A stretch of 32,000 bases of DNA, taken from positions 60,001-92,000 of the forward strand of contig JBMYVL010000001.1 in NCBI GenBank assembly GCA_049606355.1, read 5' to 3'. This stretch comes from Opitutales bacterium. GTDB taxonomy: Bacteria > Verrucomicrobiota > Verrucomicrobiia > Opitutales > Coraliomargaritaceae. Below, one piece after another: positions 8,646 to 18,266 of the stretch (its first letter is position 1; every line of letters starts with the position of its first letter). Both the position numbers and the translations under genes were made by a program. The notes beneath the pieces were generated by a model, which was not told the DNA's origin, searched no databases, and saw only the letters and a program-made list of their open reading frames with translations.

Positions 8646-10424
8646 ATGACTGCGACCCGAACTAAGCCTAAGTCTACGATCCTACGGGTATCGACCTATC
8701 TGTTTCGCTACAAAGGCCTCTTCTGGCTCACCATTGGGCTCGCGGCGGCGATGACGCTGCTTGAGATTGCCGTGCCGCTGGCAATCATGGAGATCATCGA
8801 CGGGCTCCAGGAGACCCGCGCCCATTCCGGCTTACTGACAGGGGTGGTGTGGATTGCCCTGCTCTACCTGGGCAGCGAAGCATTTAATTGTCTGCGTATT
8901 CGAGTGAACAATACACTCGAGCAGCGCGTGCTGGTTGAAATGCGCCGCGACCTGCACCTGAAACTGTTACGCCTACCGGTCGCTTTCTACGACCAGCGGA
9001 AGAGCGGCGAAATCTCCTCTCGGGTGATTGAAGATGTCGCACAGGTGGAGCGCGCGCTCCTCGACGGCACGGAACAAGGCACGCGCGCACTGCTGATGAT
9101 CCTCGGCGTGACCGCCATTCTGTTTGTTAAAGAACCGACCTTGGCGTGGTTCGTGTTCCTGCCCGTGCCGATCCTAATCGGTATCGGCAGCCTCTACGCC
9201 AAAGGCTCGCGGGCTGTGTGGAAAGGCGTGCGCGAAAGCTCTGCGGACTTAAACAGCCTGCTGGTGGAGGACATCCAGGGCAACCGGCTGATCCAAACCT
9301 TCGGCCTGCAAAAACGTGAATCCGCCCGTTTCGAAACGAAAGCGGAAGACCTTCGCTCTAAAACACTGCGTGCGATGTTTCGCTGGTCCATCTACCACCC
9401 CAGCACCAATTTAGTCACCAAGCTCGGATTTTTAAGTATTGTCGGTGTCGGCGGCTATCTGGTGCTCAGCGATGCCGCCGGGTTCAGCATGGGGAAGCTC
9501 GTTGGCTTTTTCCTCTACGCGAACATGCTCTACCAGCCGATCTCTCAAATTCACGGCCTCAATCACTTGCTGGCGGCGGGACGTGCCTCCGGCGAACGCG
9601 TTTTTGAAATTCTCGACACACCGGTGGAAATCGCTGCGCCGCCGAATCCGCGGTTCCTGCCCGATGGTCCGGTTGAGGTCGAGCTGCAGGACGTGGGTTT
9701 CCAATATAAGGGTCGACCCGCCGTTGTTGAAAACCTCAACCTGCGCCTACCCGCAAATCAAGTCACGGCACTGGTCGGACACACGGGTGCCGGCAAATCC
9801 ACCATCGCCAACTTGGCGATGCGCACCTACGACGTCACTGCAGGGCAGGTGCGGCTCTGCGGCATCGACATACGCGAGCTCGACCTCGAACAACTGCACG
9901 AAAAGGTCGGCTATGTGGCTCAAGACCCCTTCCTCTTCGAAGGCAGCGTGCGTGATAACCTGCAACTGGCACTCCCCGGTGCTGACGATGCGCAACTGAT
10001 CCATGCCTTAGAGCAGGCCTGTGCGTGGGACTTCGTGCGCGGTTTGCCCGAGCAACTCGATACCAATATTGGCGAAAAGGGCATCCGCCTCAGCCAAGGC
10101 GAAAAGCAGCGTCTAACCATCGCCCGCGTCCTCTTGAAAAACCCACCACTGGTGATTCTGGATGAGGCCACTGCCAGCGTCGATACGATTACAGAACACA
10201 AGATCCAGCAAGCGCTCGATCGCTTGGTACAGCAGCGCACCGTGCTGGTCATCGCGCACCGCTTATCCACGGTACGCAAGGCCGACACCATTGTAGTCCT
10301 CGATCAAGGGCAGATCATTGAAAGCGGTACCCACACCGCTCTATTGGCCGCGGAAGGACACTACGCAAAACTTTGGCGCCACCAGAGCGACCTCATCCCC
10401 GAAGCCGGAACCTTGAGCCGATGA
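8646..10424 (+). CDS. ABC transporter ATP-binding protein/permease (MsbA-like type I exporter half-transporter)
   Basis: An N-terminal six-TM exporter domain is followed by an NBD with Walker A GHTGAGKST, signature LSQGEKQR and Walker B LVILDEATS. I placed the start at the ATG at 8646. A GTG at 8598 is an alternative. Confidence 0.9.
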   Translation: MTATRTKPKSTILRVSTYLFRYKGLFWLTIGLAAAMTLLEIAVPLAIMEIIDGLQETRAHSGLLTGVVWIALLYLGSEAFNCLRIRVNNTLEQRVLVEMRRDLHLKLLRLPVAFYDQRKSGEISSRVIEDVAQVERALLDGTEQGTRALLMILGVTAILFVKEPTLAWFVFLPVPILIGIGSLYAKGSRAVWKGVRESSADLNSLLVEDIQGNRLIQTFGLQKRESARFETKAEDLRSKTLRAMFRWSIYHPSTNLVTKLGFLSIVGVGGYLVLSDAAGFSMGKLVGFFLYANMLYQPISQIHGLNHLLAAGRASGERVFEILDTPVEIAAPPNPRFLPDGPVEVELQDVGFQYKGRPAVVENLNLRLPANQVTALVGHTGAGKSTIANLAMRTYDVTAGQVRLCGIDIRELDLEQLHEKVGYVAQDPFLFEGSVRDNLQLALPGADDAQLIHALEQACAWDFVRGLPEQLDTNIGEKGIRLSQGEKQRLTIARVLLKNPPLVILDEATASVDTITEHKIQQALDRLVQQRTVLVIAHRLSTVRKADTIVVLDQGQIIESGTHTALLAAEGHYAKLWRHQSDLIPEAGTLSR

Positions 10425-10541
10425 GTGGTACAATTCTCCGCAGCAGGCATCGTTTTTTACCCCTTGACGCGTAAAATTCTCGCCCCGTAGTGTAAATAAT
10501 ACATCATTTCCACAAGCATCCACCTTTGGGATGGCAATCGC

Positions 10542-10560
10542 GCCGGTTCTTAAAACCGGC
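10542..10560 (+). other. Perfect 7-bp hairpin in the ptsH 5' leader
   Basis: GCCGGTT (10542-10548), loop CTTAA, AACCGGC (10554-10560), 20 nt upstream of the ptsH ATG. No U-run follows, so it is not an intrinsic terminator. Confidence 0.3.
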
Positions 10561-10580
10561 TCGCCGAATCGCACCTATTT

Positions 10581-10886
10581 ATGACAGCTTCAGAAACAAG
10601 CGACACCAACGACACACTCAGCAAGGAACTCATCGTACAAAATAAGATGGGGATTCATGCCCGTCCGGCTGCCATGTTTGTTCGTATCGCAAACAGTTTC
10701 GTGGGTGAAGTCTGGGTCGAAAAAGACAACGAGCAGGTCAACGGCAAGAGCATCATGGGGCTAATGATGCTCGCCGCCGGCCAAGGCTCGAAGCTGATTG
10801 TGCGCACCGAAGGTCCCGCTGAAGATGCAGAAAAGATGCTAGGGGAGCTTGAAGCGCTGTTTGAGCGCCGCTTCGAAGAGGCCTAA
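10581..10886 (+). CDS. ptsH: HPr family phosphocarrier protein
   Basis: 101 aa. It has the His-15 region MGIHARPAA and the Ser-46 region VNGKSIMGLMML. The length and the C-terminal acidic helix are typical of HPr. Confidence 0.9.
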   Translation: MTASETSDTNDTLSKELIVQNKMGIHARPAAMFVRIANSFVGEVWVEKDNEQVNGKSIMGLMMLAAGQGSKLIVRTEGPAEDAEKMLGELEALFERRFEEA

Positions 10887-10992
10887 GTACTGCTGGGGCC
10901 GATTGCGCGCCGCCGAGCTCTCATTTTAGCAGCAGGCAGTCCTGACTTGCCATCCGGATGTACTGCGGCACAATTCAAACAACTGTTTAATT

Positions 10993-11628
10993 ATGCCCGC
11001 ACACCGCTCCTTGCCGAAATCCGACCGTACGCGTCAGCGCATCATGCATGCTGCAGAGCAGTTGTTTGCGGCCAAAGGTTTCCGGGCCATGACCTTGCGG
11101 GAGGTCACTCAAGCGGCCGGCGTCAATCTTGCCGCAGTCAGTTATCACTTCGGTTCAAAGCGCGCGCTCATACGTGAGGTGATCCGTACACATATCGAGC
11201 CCATCAATCACATCCGCCTGCAGCGCCTCGACGCATTGGCGCAAAGCTACGCGCCCGCACCGATACCACTGCCAGCTATTTTTGATGCGCTCGTGCGACC
11301 GCTGTTCGAGCAAGCGGCGCGCAGCCAGCTACCACAATTGATCGGGCGGAGCCTCACTGAACCGGCCCATTTCTTACGCGCCCTGCACCAAGAATTTTTC
11401 ACCGAACTCACCCAGCGTTTCATCCATGAATTACAGCGCAGCTGCCCCCACCTACAGGAATCGGAGCTGCGCCTCCGACTGTTTTTAAGCGTCAGCACAA
11501 TGCTCGGCAGTCTTATCGAAACGGTTCGCCTCGAAAATATGCTGGGCGGTAAGTTCGCTTCAGGCAAAAGCGATACTCTAGTAACTGAGCTGACTGCCTT
11601 TATCGTGGCCGGCTTTGAACATCCTTAA
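10993..11628 (+). CDS. TetR/AcrR family transcriptional regulator
   Basis: It has an N-terminal HTH (RQRIMHAAEQLFAAKGFRAMTLREVTQAAGVNLAAVSYHFGSK) and a helical C-terminal ligand domain. It sits directly upstream of the RND efflux genes. Confidence 0.9.
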   Translation: MPAHRSLPKSDRTRQRIMHAAEQLFAAKGFRAMTLREVTQAAGVNLAAVSYHFGSKRALIREVIRTHIEPINHIRLQRLDALAQSYAPAPIPLPAIFDALVRPLFEQAARSQLPQLIGRSLTEPAHFLRALHQEFFTELTQRFIHELQRSCPHLQESELRLRLFLSVSTMLGSLIETVRLENMLGGKFASGKSDTLVTELTAFIVAGFEHP

Positions 11629-11638
11629 CCATCGACGT

Positions 11639-13027
11639 ATGCAACCGCACCGCTTCTTTGTTGTGTCCATAGCCCTGCTCTACGTAGCCGGCTGCGCCAG
11701 CGTACCTAAGCGCGCCGACACGCCACTCGACACCGTGCCGAATCAATGGGCAACTCCCCAAGCGAATAAGCAGCCAGTGGACGCCAATTGGCTGAAGCAC
11801 TTTAACGATCCCGACCTGGAGGCCATCGTCGCCGAAGCCATGGCCAACAACCCCAATCTGCTCGCCACGGCGGCACGCCTGGATCAGGCACGTGCTGAAG
11901 CTCGGCTTGCGGGAGCCGATCGCCTGCCGGCAGTTGCTCTCGGCTTAGGCGGTGCGCGCCAACGCAACAGTAATCTTGGACCGCAGCCAAGCAGTGGCAG
12001 CTATTCCAACCGTACGAATTTGGATCTGAACCTTAGCTGGGAGCTCGACCTCTGGGGCCGACTCAGAAACCAGAGCGCGGCAGCCCTGGCTCAGGCAGAA
12101 GCGAGCGCGGCCGACCTCGCTGCGGCGCGCCTTTCGCTCGCAGCCCAAACAGCTAAAGCATGGTTTACTTACAGTGAAGCCGCAGCGCAAGTGGTACTGG
12201 CTGAGGCCGAAGCTGAGAACTATGCGACCAACCAAGCAACGCTCGAGTCTCGCTACCGCAGCGGGTTGAGCAATAGCCTCGAGCTGCGCCAGATCCGTAC
12301 CGAAGCGGCCAACGCGCAAGCGGTACTCCACACACGCCAACGGGCTCGGGACCAAGCGGCACGACGTCTGGAAGTACTACTGGGCCGTTACCCATCAGCG
12401 ACGCTCACCGCACCCACAGATCTACCGACATTGCCTGCCGCAGTGCCCGCTGGTCTGCCTTCGGATCTGTTATTACGCCGACCGGATTTAATCGCTGCAG
12501 AGCGTCGTTTAGCAGCGAGTAGCCAACAGGTACGCGCGGCTCGCAAAGAATGGCTCCCAAAACTTAGCTTAACCGGTGCAACTGGGACCTCAGCGCCCGA
12601 ATTTGCAGAACTCCTGAATAATAATTTCCGTGTGAGTAGTGTGGCGGGCAATTTATTACAGCCGATTTTTCAGGGCGGCCGGATCCGCGCCAATGTGGAT
12701 CGCCGCGCCTCACAGCAAGCGCAAGCGGCCGCCGCGTACCACAACGCTGCCCTACAAGCGTTTCTTGAAGTTGAAAGCACACTCGCTGCAGAAACTTTAC
12801 TGCGTGCAGAAAGCCAACAGCTACAGCGAGCGGCAGACGAAGCCAGCGCTGCCGCTACGCTCGCCTGGCAGCAATACCGCAGCGGCACCCTCGACTTCTT
12901 AAATGTACTGCGCAGCGAACGCGTCGCTGCGAACGCCCGCAGTCGCTACCTTTCACTGCGCCAACAACTCTTAAGCAATCGCATCGATCTTCATCTCGCC
13001 CTTGGTGGCTCTTTTCGCAACCCATGA
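11639..13027 (+). CDS. Efflux transporter outer-membrane factor lipoprotein (NodT family)
   Basis: The ATG at 11639 gives MQPHRFFVVSIALLYVAGC, a lipobox. Two OEP-type coiled repeats are present (LDQARAEARLAGADRLP and RPDLIAAERRLAASSQQVRAARKEWLPKLSL). The ORF-track start at 11615 is a TTG inside tetR. Confidence 0.9.
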   Translation: MQPHRFFVVSIALLYVAGCASVPKRADTPLDTVPNQWATPQANKQPVDANWLKHFNDPDLEAIVAEAMANNPNLLATAARLDQARAEARLAGADRLPAVALGLGGARQRNSNLGPQPSSGSYSNRTNLDLNLSWELDLWGRLRNQSAAALAQAEASAADLAAARLSLAAQTAKAWFTYSEAAAQVVLAEAEAENYATNQATLESRYRSGLSNSLELRQIRTEAANAQAVLHTRQRARDQAARRLEVLLGRYPSATLTAPTDLPTLPAAVPAGLPSDLLLRRPDLIAAERRLAASSQQVRAARKEWLPKLSLTGATGTSAPEFAELLNNNFRVSSVAGNLLQPIFQGGRIRANVDRRASQQAQAAAAYHNAALQAFLEVESTLAAETLLRAESQQLQRAADEASAAATLAWQQYRSGTLDFLNVLRSERVAANARSRYLSLRQQLLSNRIDLHLALGGSFRNP

Positions 13028-14139
13028 TCAAAAATCGCATACTCACACCGATCATCTTGGTAGTGGCGCTCTGCCTCACCCTGATGCTGATTTATTTCAA
13101 GCCACAACCGGAAGAGAAAACACCGGAGCGACCCATTACGGCGATTGAGGTGATCACCGCGCAACCGCAGTCACTGCGATTGAGCGTGCACAGCCAAGGC
13201 ACGGTTCTACCTAAAATTGAGTCCAACCTCGCCGTCGAAGTCAGCGGCCGTATTATCGAAGTCGCTGAAAACTTCCGCCCCGGAGGACGTTTTCGTAAGG
13301 GGGATGTGCTCTTTAAAATAGATCCGATTGACTATACCGTCGCCGTCGCTGCTCGTACCGCCGAACTCGCTCAAGCGAACTTAAACCTCGCACAAGAAGA
13401 AGCACTTGCCGCACAGGCAGCGGCGGATTGGCAAGCGATCGGCGCCGAGCAGGCAGCGAGTGCCTTGACCCTGCGCCAGCCACAACTCGCTCAAGCTCAG
13501 GCTCGAGTCGCCAGCGCTCAGGCTTTATTGCAACGTGCCCAGCGCGACCTGCAACGTACCGAAGTCAAAGCTCCGTTTGACGGCCGCGTGTTGACGCAGA
13601 ATGCGGATTTAGGTCAATACGTCAGCGCCACTCCAGGCAGTTCAGTCGCACGTATCTATGCCACCGATTTTGCCGAGGTTCGTTTACCGCTCTCACAACG
13701 CGAAGCCGACTATCTGGATGACCCCAGCCAAAGTCCCGCCTGGGTTGAATTGCGCGCGGGCACACGCACCTGGGCGGCGCGCTTAGTCCGCCTCGAAGCG
13801 ACTATCGATCCGCAAAGCCGCCTCCTTTATGGTGTCGCCGAAGTCCCGCAGCCCTTCGCGGGCGACTCACCCCTCCGCCGCGGACTTTTCGTGGACGCTT
13901 CCATCGAGGGGCGCCGCCTCGAACATGTCTATCAAATACCGCGACTCGCGCTGCGTGGCTCGGATACCGTGTACATACGCACCCAAAACAATACCTTACA
14001 GCAACGTAAGGTGAGTATCGTCAAAAGTGACACCGCATCTGTCATCATTGAGGATGGGCTCCTCCCCGGCGAGGAAGTCGCGATCAGTCCGATCGCTTAC
14101 TTTGTCGAAAACATGCCCGTCCAATTAATTGACCAATAG
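13024..14139 (+). CDS. Efflux RND transporter periplasmic adaptor subunit (HlyD/MFP family)
   Basis: It has an N-terminal TM anchor, a lipoyl/hairpin region (GDVLFKIDPIDY...coiled A/Q-rich segment...VKAPFDGRV) and an ATGA overlap with the upstream OMF gene (13024-13027). Confidence 0.9.
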   Translation: MIKNRILTPIILVVALCLTLMLIYFKPQPEEKTPERPITAIEVITAQPQSLRLSVHSQGTVLPKIESNLAVEVSGRIIEVAENFRPGGRFRKGDVLFKIDPIDYTVAVAARTAELAQANLNLAQEEALAAQAAADWQAIGAEQAASALTLRQPQLAQAQARVASAQALLQRAQRDLQRTEVKAPFDGRVLTQNADLGQYVSATPGSSVARIYATDFAEVRLPLSQREADYLDDPSQSPAWVELRAGTRTWAARLVRLEATIDPQSRLLYGVAEVPQPFAGDSPLRRGLFVDASIEGRRLEHVYQIPRLALRGSDTVYIRTQNNTLQQRKVSIVKSDTASVIIEDGLLPGEEVAISPIAYFVENMPVQLIDQ

Positions 14140-14140
14140 A

Positions 14141-17100
14141 ATGATTCGCTGGTTCACACATAATGGCGTCGCCGCCAACCTGCTCGCAGGCATTGTTATC
14201 GTAGCCGGATTGTTCATGGCCTCGAGTATCAAACTCGAGTTATTCCCAGAACTGGACCTCGACATCATCAATGTCAGCATCGCTTACCCCGGGGCTGCCC
14301 CCGAAGAAGTTGAAAGCGGTATCGTCGAGCTGATTGAAGATCGGATTCAGGACCTTGACGGCATCAAACGAATACGTGGAACCGCAGCGGAAGGTTACGG
14401 CGTTGTCATCGTCGAAGTACAACGCGGCTATGACGCCACCCAACTGAGCGACAAAATCAAAGTACGCGTCGATGCAATCAACAACTTCCCCGAAGAAGCG
14501 GAAGAGCCAACAGTCGAAGAATTACTCATTCGCAATGAAGTTATTTCGCTGGCGATTTATGGGGATACCGATGTGCGCACCCTCAAGAATGTCGCCGAAT
14601 TCATTCGCGATGAGATGAATGTACGTGCCGGCATTTCGCAGGTGGATTTAAATGGCGTCGCACCCTATGAGATATCCATCAATGTATCCGAAAAGTCATT
14701 ACGTGAATATGGACTTTCTTTTAACGATGTGGTGATGGCGGTGCGGTCCAGCTCCATCGACATACCGGGCGGTTCAATAAAGTCGCGCGGTGGTGAAATC
14801 TTGCTGCGCACCACTGCCAAAGCCTACACCGGACCTGAGTTCGAAGCCATCCCGGTCATGCACCGTGCGGACGGGGCATTGATCACCCTGGCGGATGTCG
14901 CACGCATTGATGATGGCTACGTCGACAATCCCTTAGTGACCGAATTCAATGGGCAGCGTTCGGTACTATTAAATATTTATGCACTCGGCGACGAAAGCGC
15001 ATTGGATGTTGCCGATCGTGTGCGTGACTTCGCCGCCGAAATTCAAAATGAGTTACCTGCGGGAGTCTCCATTGAGCCATTTCGTGACTTTACGTACTAC
15101 CTCAAAGGGCGCCTGCAAATGCTGATTGAGAACGGGGTCTTCGGCCTGATACTGGTCTTTTTGGTGCTCACTTTGTTTCTGCGCCCCTCGCTGGCCTTCT
15201 TTGTGATGCTAGGGATTCCGATCTCCTTTTTGGGCTCCCTACTCCTCCTGCCTTTTTTAGACATCAGCATCAATCTCGCTTCGCTCTTCGGATTTATTCT
15301 GGTCCTCGGTATCGTTGTGGATGATGCGATCATCGTAGGAGAAAGCGTCTTCACACAATTTCAGAAATACGGTGGTCCCGGGGTCGAGGCTTCCGTTGCC
15401 GGGGCGCAGCGTGTGTCTGTGCCGGTTACCTTTGCCGTCCTCACGACCATCGTGGCCTTTTTACCGGTCCTGACCATTCCCGGATTCCTCGGTAAATTCT
15501 TCTATCCGATCCCCGTAGTTGTCATCGCGACCCTCATCTGGTCCCTCATTGAGTCCAAGCTGGTCCTCCCATACCACTTAACACTCTGCAACGTGGGTGG
15601 TGGGCACCGTGAACAGATCGGCTGGTTGCGCCAGAAACAACGTAGGATCGCCGATGGTCTCGAGCGCTTCATTGAAGTCGTCTATCGTCCGGTACTAAGA
15701 AAGGCCATCGAACTGCGCTACGCCACCGTCGCTTTGTTTGTTGGCATTCTGCTCCTCATGTTCGGAATGCTGCTGGGCAAGCACATGCCTTTCGTCTTTT
15801 TTCCAAGCGTACCCTCCGATTACATTGTGGCACGACTGGTGATGCCGGAAGGCACTCCGGTAGAGCTCACTGAAGACGCGATCGCCCAGATACAAACCGG
15901 CTTGGATAAGCTTCGCGCCGAGATCACTGAGCAGGGCCTCGGTGAGCCCTTTGACAACGTCGTCATTACGATAGGCAGCCAGCCCTTTGCGGGTAGCGGT
16001 GGCCCGATGGGCAGCATCGCCCAAACGGTAAGCACCAATAAAGCGGAAATTGCAGTTGAACTCGTGAAGCGCGAAGACCTCGCGGATGGCGGCAATATCC
16101 AAGAACTCTCGGCGCCGAATTTAGCCAACCGTTGGCGTGCCCTGATCGGCCCGATCGCGGGCGTCAAGGAGCTCACCTTCGACGCCGATGCCGCAGGGCA
16201 AGCCGGCAACGCTATTGATATTCAGCTGACCGGGCGCGACTTCAAGCAGCTCCGCGAAGCCTCGCAAGCCATTCAAGCAAAACTCGCAACGTACGACGGC
16301 CTCTTTGATATCAACGACAACTACAGCAGCGGTAAACGTGAGATCAAACTCATGCTCAAGCCGTCGGCACAAACTTTAGGCCTGCGGCAAAGTGACTTGG
16401 GCAACCAAGTACGTGCAGCATTTTACGGGGTCGAAGCGCAGCGCATTCAACGAGGCCGGGACGACATTAAAGTTATGGTGCGTTACCCACCGGAGGAGCG
16501 CCAATCCGTCGAGAACCTTGAAGCACTGCGCATCCGTACCATGAGCGGCGCCGAGGTGCCCTTCGACGCAGTTGCCGACTTCGAGATCGCCAATGGGTTT
16601 TCCACAATCACACGTGTGGATCGTCGACGTGTCCTAAACATCACTGCCGACGCCGACAAAGCAGTCGCCAACCTTGAATTGATCAAAGCTGACCTTGGCG
16701 GCGGTAAGCACCGGGAAGCCCTTGCTAAAGGCTTCTTGGATGAGCTGCTGCAGGCGTACCCAGGCGTCGCTTGGTCCTTCGAGGGAGAAGCCCGCGAACA
16801 AGCGGACACTTTTCAAAGCCTCGCCCGAATGTCAGTGATCGCCGCCTTCATCATCTATGCGCTGCTGGCCGTGCCGTTGAAATCCTACTTTCAACCCTTC
16901 ATTGTAATGTTCGTCATTCCCTTCGGGCTCATTGGCGCCATCCTCGGCCATTGGGTTATGGGGCAGTCAATGAGTATTCTTTCCATTCTGGGCTTCGTCG
17001 CCCTCGCGGGGGTGGTGGTCAATGACAGTTTGGTCTTGGTTGATTTTATCAATACGGAGCGCAAAGAGGGCATTCCCATTCGTCAAGCGATTGAACGTGC

Positions 17101-17332
17101 CGGCGCAAAACGCTTCCGCCCGATCCTCTTAACATCACTGACGACCTTTGTCGGCCTACTGCCACTTCTGTTTGAGACGAGTCTACAGGCGCAATTTTTA
17201 ATACCGATGGCGACTTCGCTGAGTTTTGGCGTCCTCTTTGCCACCTTCATGACCCTCCTGCTGGTACCTGCTTTTTATACGATCCTGGAGGATGCGCACG
17301 ATTGGCTTCGCACACGATTCAAAGGTTTCTAG
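14141..17332 (+). CDS. Efflux RND transporter permease subunit (AcrB/HAE family)
   Basis: About 1063 aa with 12 predicted hydrophobic segments in two sets of six and two large periplasmic loops. It has an ACR_tran-type N-terminus MIRWFTHNGVAANLL and the motif VVDDAIIVGE. The ATG at 14141 lies 1 nt after the MFP stop; the ORF-track start at 14129 is a TTG. Confidence 0.93.
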   Translation: MIRWFTHNGVAANLLAGIVIVAGLFMASSIKLELFPELDLDIINVSIAYPGAAPEEVESGIVELIEDRIQDLDGIKRIRGTAAEGYGVVIVEVQRGYDATQLSDKIKVRVDAINNFPEEAEEPTVEELLIRNEVISLAIYGDTDVRTLKNVAEFIRDEMNVRAGISQVDLNGVAPYEISINVSEKSLREYGLSFNDVVMAVRSSSIDIPGGSIKSRGGEILLRTTAKAYTGPEFEAIPVMHRADGALITLADVARIDDGYVDNPLVTEFNGQRSVLLNIYALGDESALDVADRVRDFAAEIQNELPAGVSIEPFRDFTYYLKGRLQMLIENGVFGLILVFLVLTLFLRPSLAFFVMLGIPISFLGSLLLLPFLDISINLASLFGFILVLGIVVDDAIIVGESVFTQFQKYGGPGVEASVAGAQRVSVPVTFAVLTTIVAFLPVLTIPGFLGKFFYPIPVVVIATLIWSLIESKLVLPYHLTLCNVGGGHREQIGWLRQKQRRIADGLERFIEVVYRPVLRKAIELRYATVALFVGILLLMFGMLLGKHMPFVFFPSVPSDYIVARLVMPEGTPVELTEDAIAQIQTGLDKLRAEITEQGLGEPFDNVVITIGSQPFAGSGGPMGSIAQTVSTNKAEIAVELVKREDLADGGNIQELSAPNLANRWRALIGPIAGVKELTFDADAAGQAGNAIDIQLTGRDFKQLREASQAIQAKLATYDGLFDINDNYSSGKREIKLMLKPSAQTLGLRQSDLGNQVRAAFYGVEAQRIQRGRDDIKVMVRYPPEERQSVENLEALRIRTMSGAEVPFDAVADFEIANGFSTITRVDRRRVLNITADADKAVANLELIKADLGGGKHREALAKGFLDELLQAYPGVAWSFEGEAREQADTFQSLARMSVIAAFIIYALLAVPLKSYFQPFIVMFVIPFGLIGAILGHWVMGQSMSILSILGFVALAGVVVNDSLVLVDFINTERKEGIPIRQAIERAGAKRFRPILLTSLTTFVGLLPLLFETSLQAQFLIPMATSLSFGVLFATFMTLLLVPAFYTILEDAHDWLRTRFKGF

Positions 17333-17411
17333 CGAATCTGGCTGGCAATGATCTCACTGCTTGCAGCGAGCGAGGAAAGCGTCAACCTGCAGCCAGTCCT
17401 TAATCAACCCC

Positions 17412-18233
17412 ATGCTGCGCCGCCTCTCCACTTATCTACTACTGAGTGCCACTGCCTACGCGCTCAACGAACCTGCGACCCAACGTCTTTTCGAGATCGC
17501 CGCGAAGGAAGAGAGAATCTACAAAAACATTGCGGCAGATCCGGACTACTACAGCGAAGCCGACATCGAGCGACGAATCATCGAGTTGCTGCACGCATAC
17601 GAAGCCTACTTGAAGGACACCCCTGAGGATGTCGAGGCGCTGATTCTTTACGCCAAGCTGCTGCGCCGCACCGGTAAAACCGCAGATGCCTTTCAAATTT
17701 TCTTACGTGCGGATGAGCTGGATCCGGAAGTTGCGGTCATCAAACAACAAATCGGCACTTATATGGCCGAGCAAGGTAAGGGCAAAGTCGCTTTGCTTTA
17801 CTATCAGCAAGCAGTCGAACTCGAACCGCAAAATGCGATTTATCACTTCAGCTTAGGGCAATTACTCTTTCAATTCTGCGAGGACTTCGTTGCGGCTGAA
17901 ATCTATACGCGCGATGCTCTCGATCGCGAAATGATCAAGGCCTTCACAAACGCAGCGGATCGAGCGCCGGACAATTTCGATTTTCAAGTACGGCTGGGGG
18001 CCGCTTACTACGACCAAGCCAGCCCAGACTGGCAGGCTGCCCTCGTCCACTGGGACCAATCGCGTGCTCGATTCAAGGAAACCCTGCAACTTGAAATCAT
18101 TCACCTCCACAAAGCGCGGGTGCTCGGTAAACTCGGCCGTCACGAAGAAGCTCGCGCGCTGGCCGACACCGTAACCAGCCCGGCCTTGGAAAAATCCCGG
18201 CAGCAGGTAGTGGACGAAGCCGCTCAGTTTTAA
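17412..18233 (+). CDS. Secreted tetratricopeptide-repeat protein
   Basis: The ATG at 17412 gives MLRRLSTYLLLSATAYA, a signal peptide. TPR-like repeats follow (ALILYAKLLRRTGKTADAFQIFLRADELDPE, ALLYYQQAVELEPQN). Confidence 0.75.
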   Translation: MLRRLSTYLLLSATAYALNEPATQRLFEIAAKEERIYKNIAADPDYYSEADIERRIIELLHAYEAYLKDTPEDVEALILYAKLLRRTGKTADAFQIFLRADELDPEVAVIKQQIGTYMAEQGKGKVALLYYQQAVELEPQNAIYHFSLGQLLFQFCEDFVAAEIYTRDALDREMIKAFTNAADRAPDNFDFQVRLGAAYYDQASPDWQAALVHWDQSRARFKETLQLEIIHLHKARVLGKLGRHEEARALADTVTSPALEKSRQQVVDEAAQF

Positions 18234-18266
18234 CCGGTACTTCACCCTGCCAGCTTGGGAAGGCGG

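Noticed and set aside
10425-10460. Possible intrinsic terminator after the ABC exporter (T-run at 10453-10458).
   Set aside because: The preceding sequence pairs over only 5 bp (CGATG/CATCG) across a ~25-nt loop. That is too weak to call.
10972-10992. Putative TetR operator palindrome AAACA-ac-TGTTT immediately before the tetR ATG.
   Set aside because: The arms are only 5 bp, and extending them gives mismatches. It is too short to distinguish from chance without comparative data.
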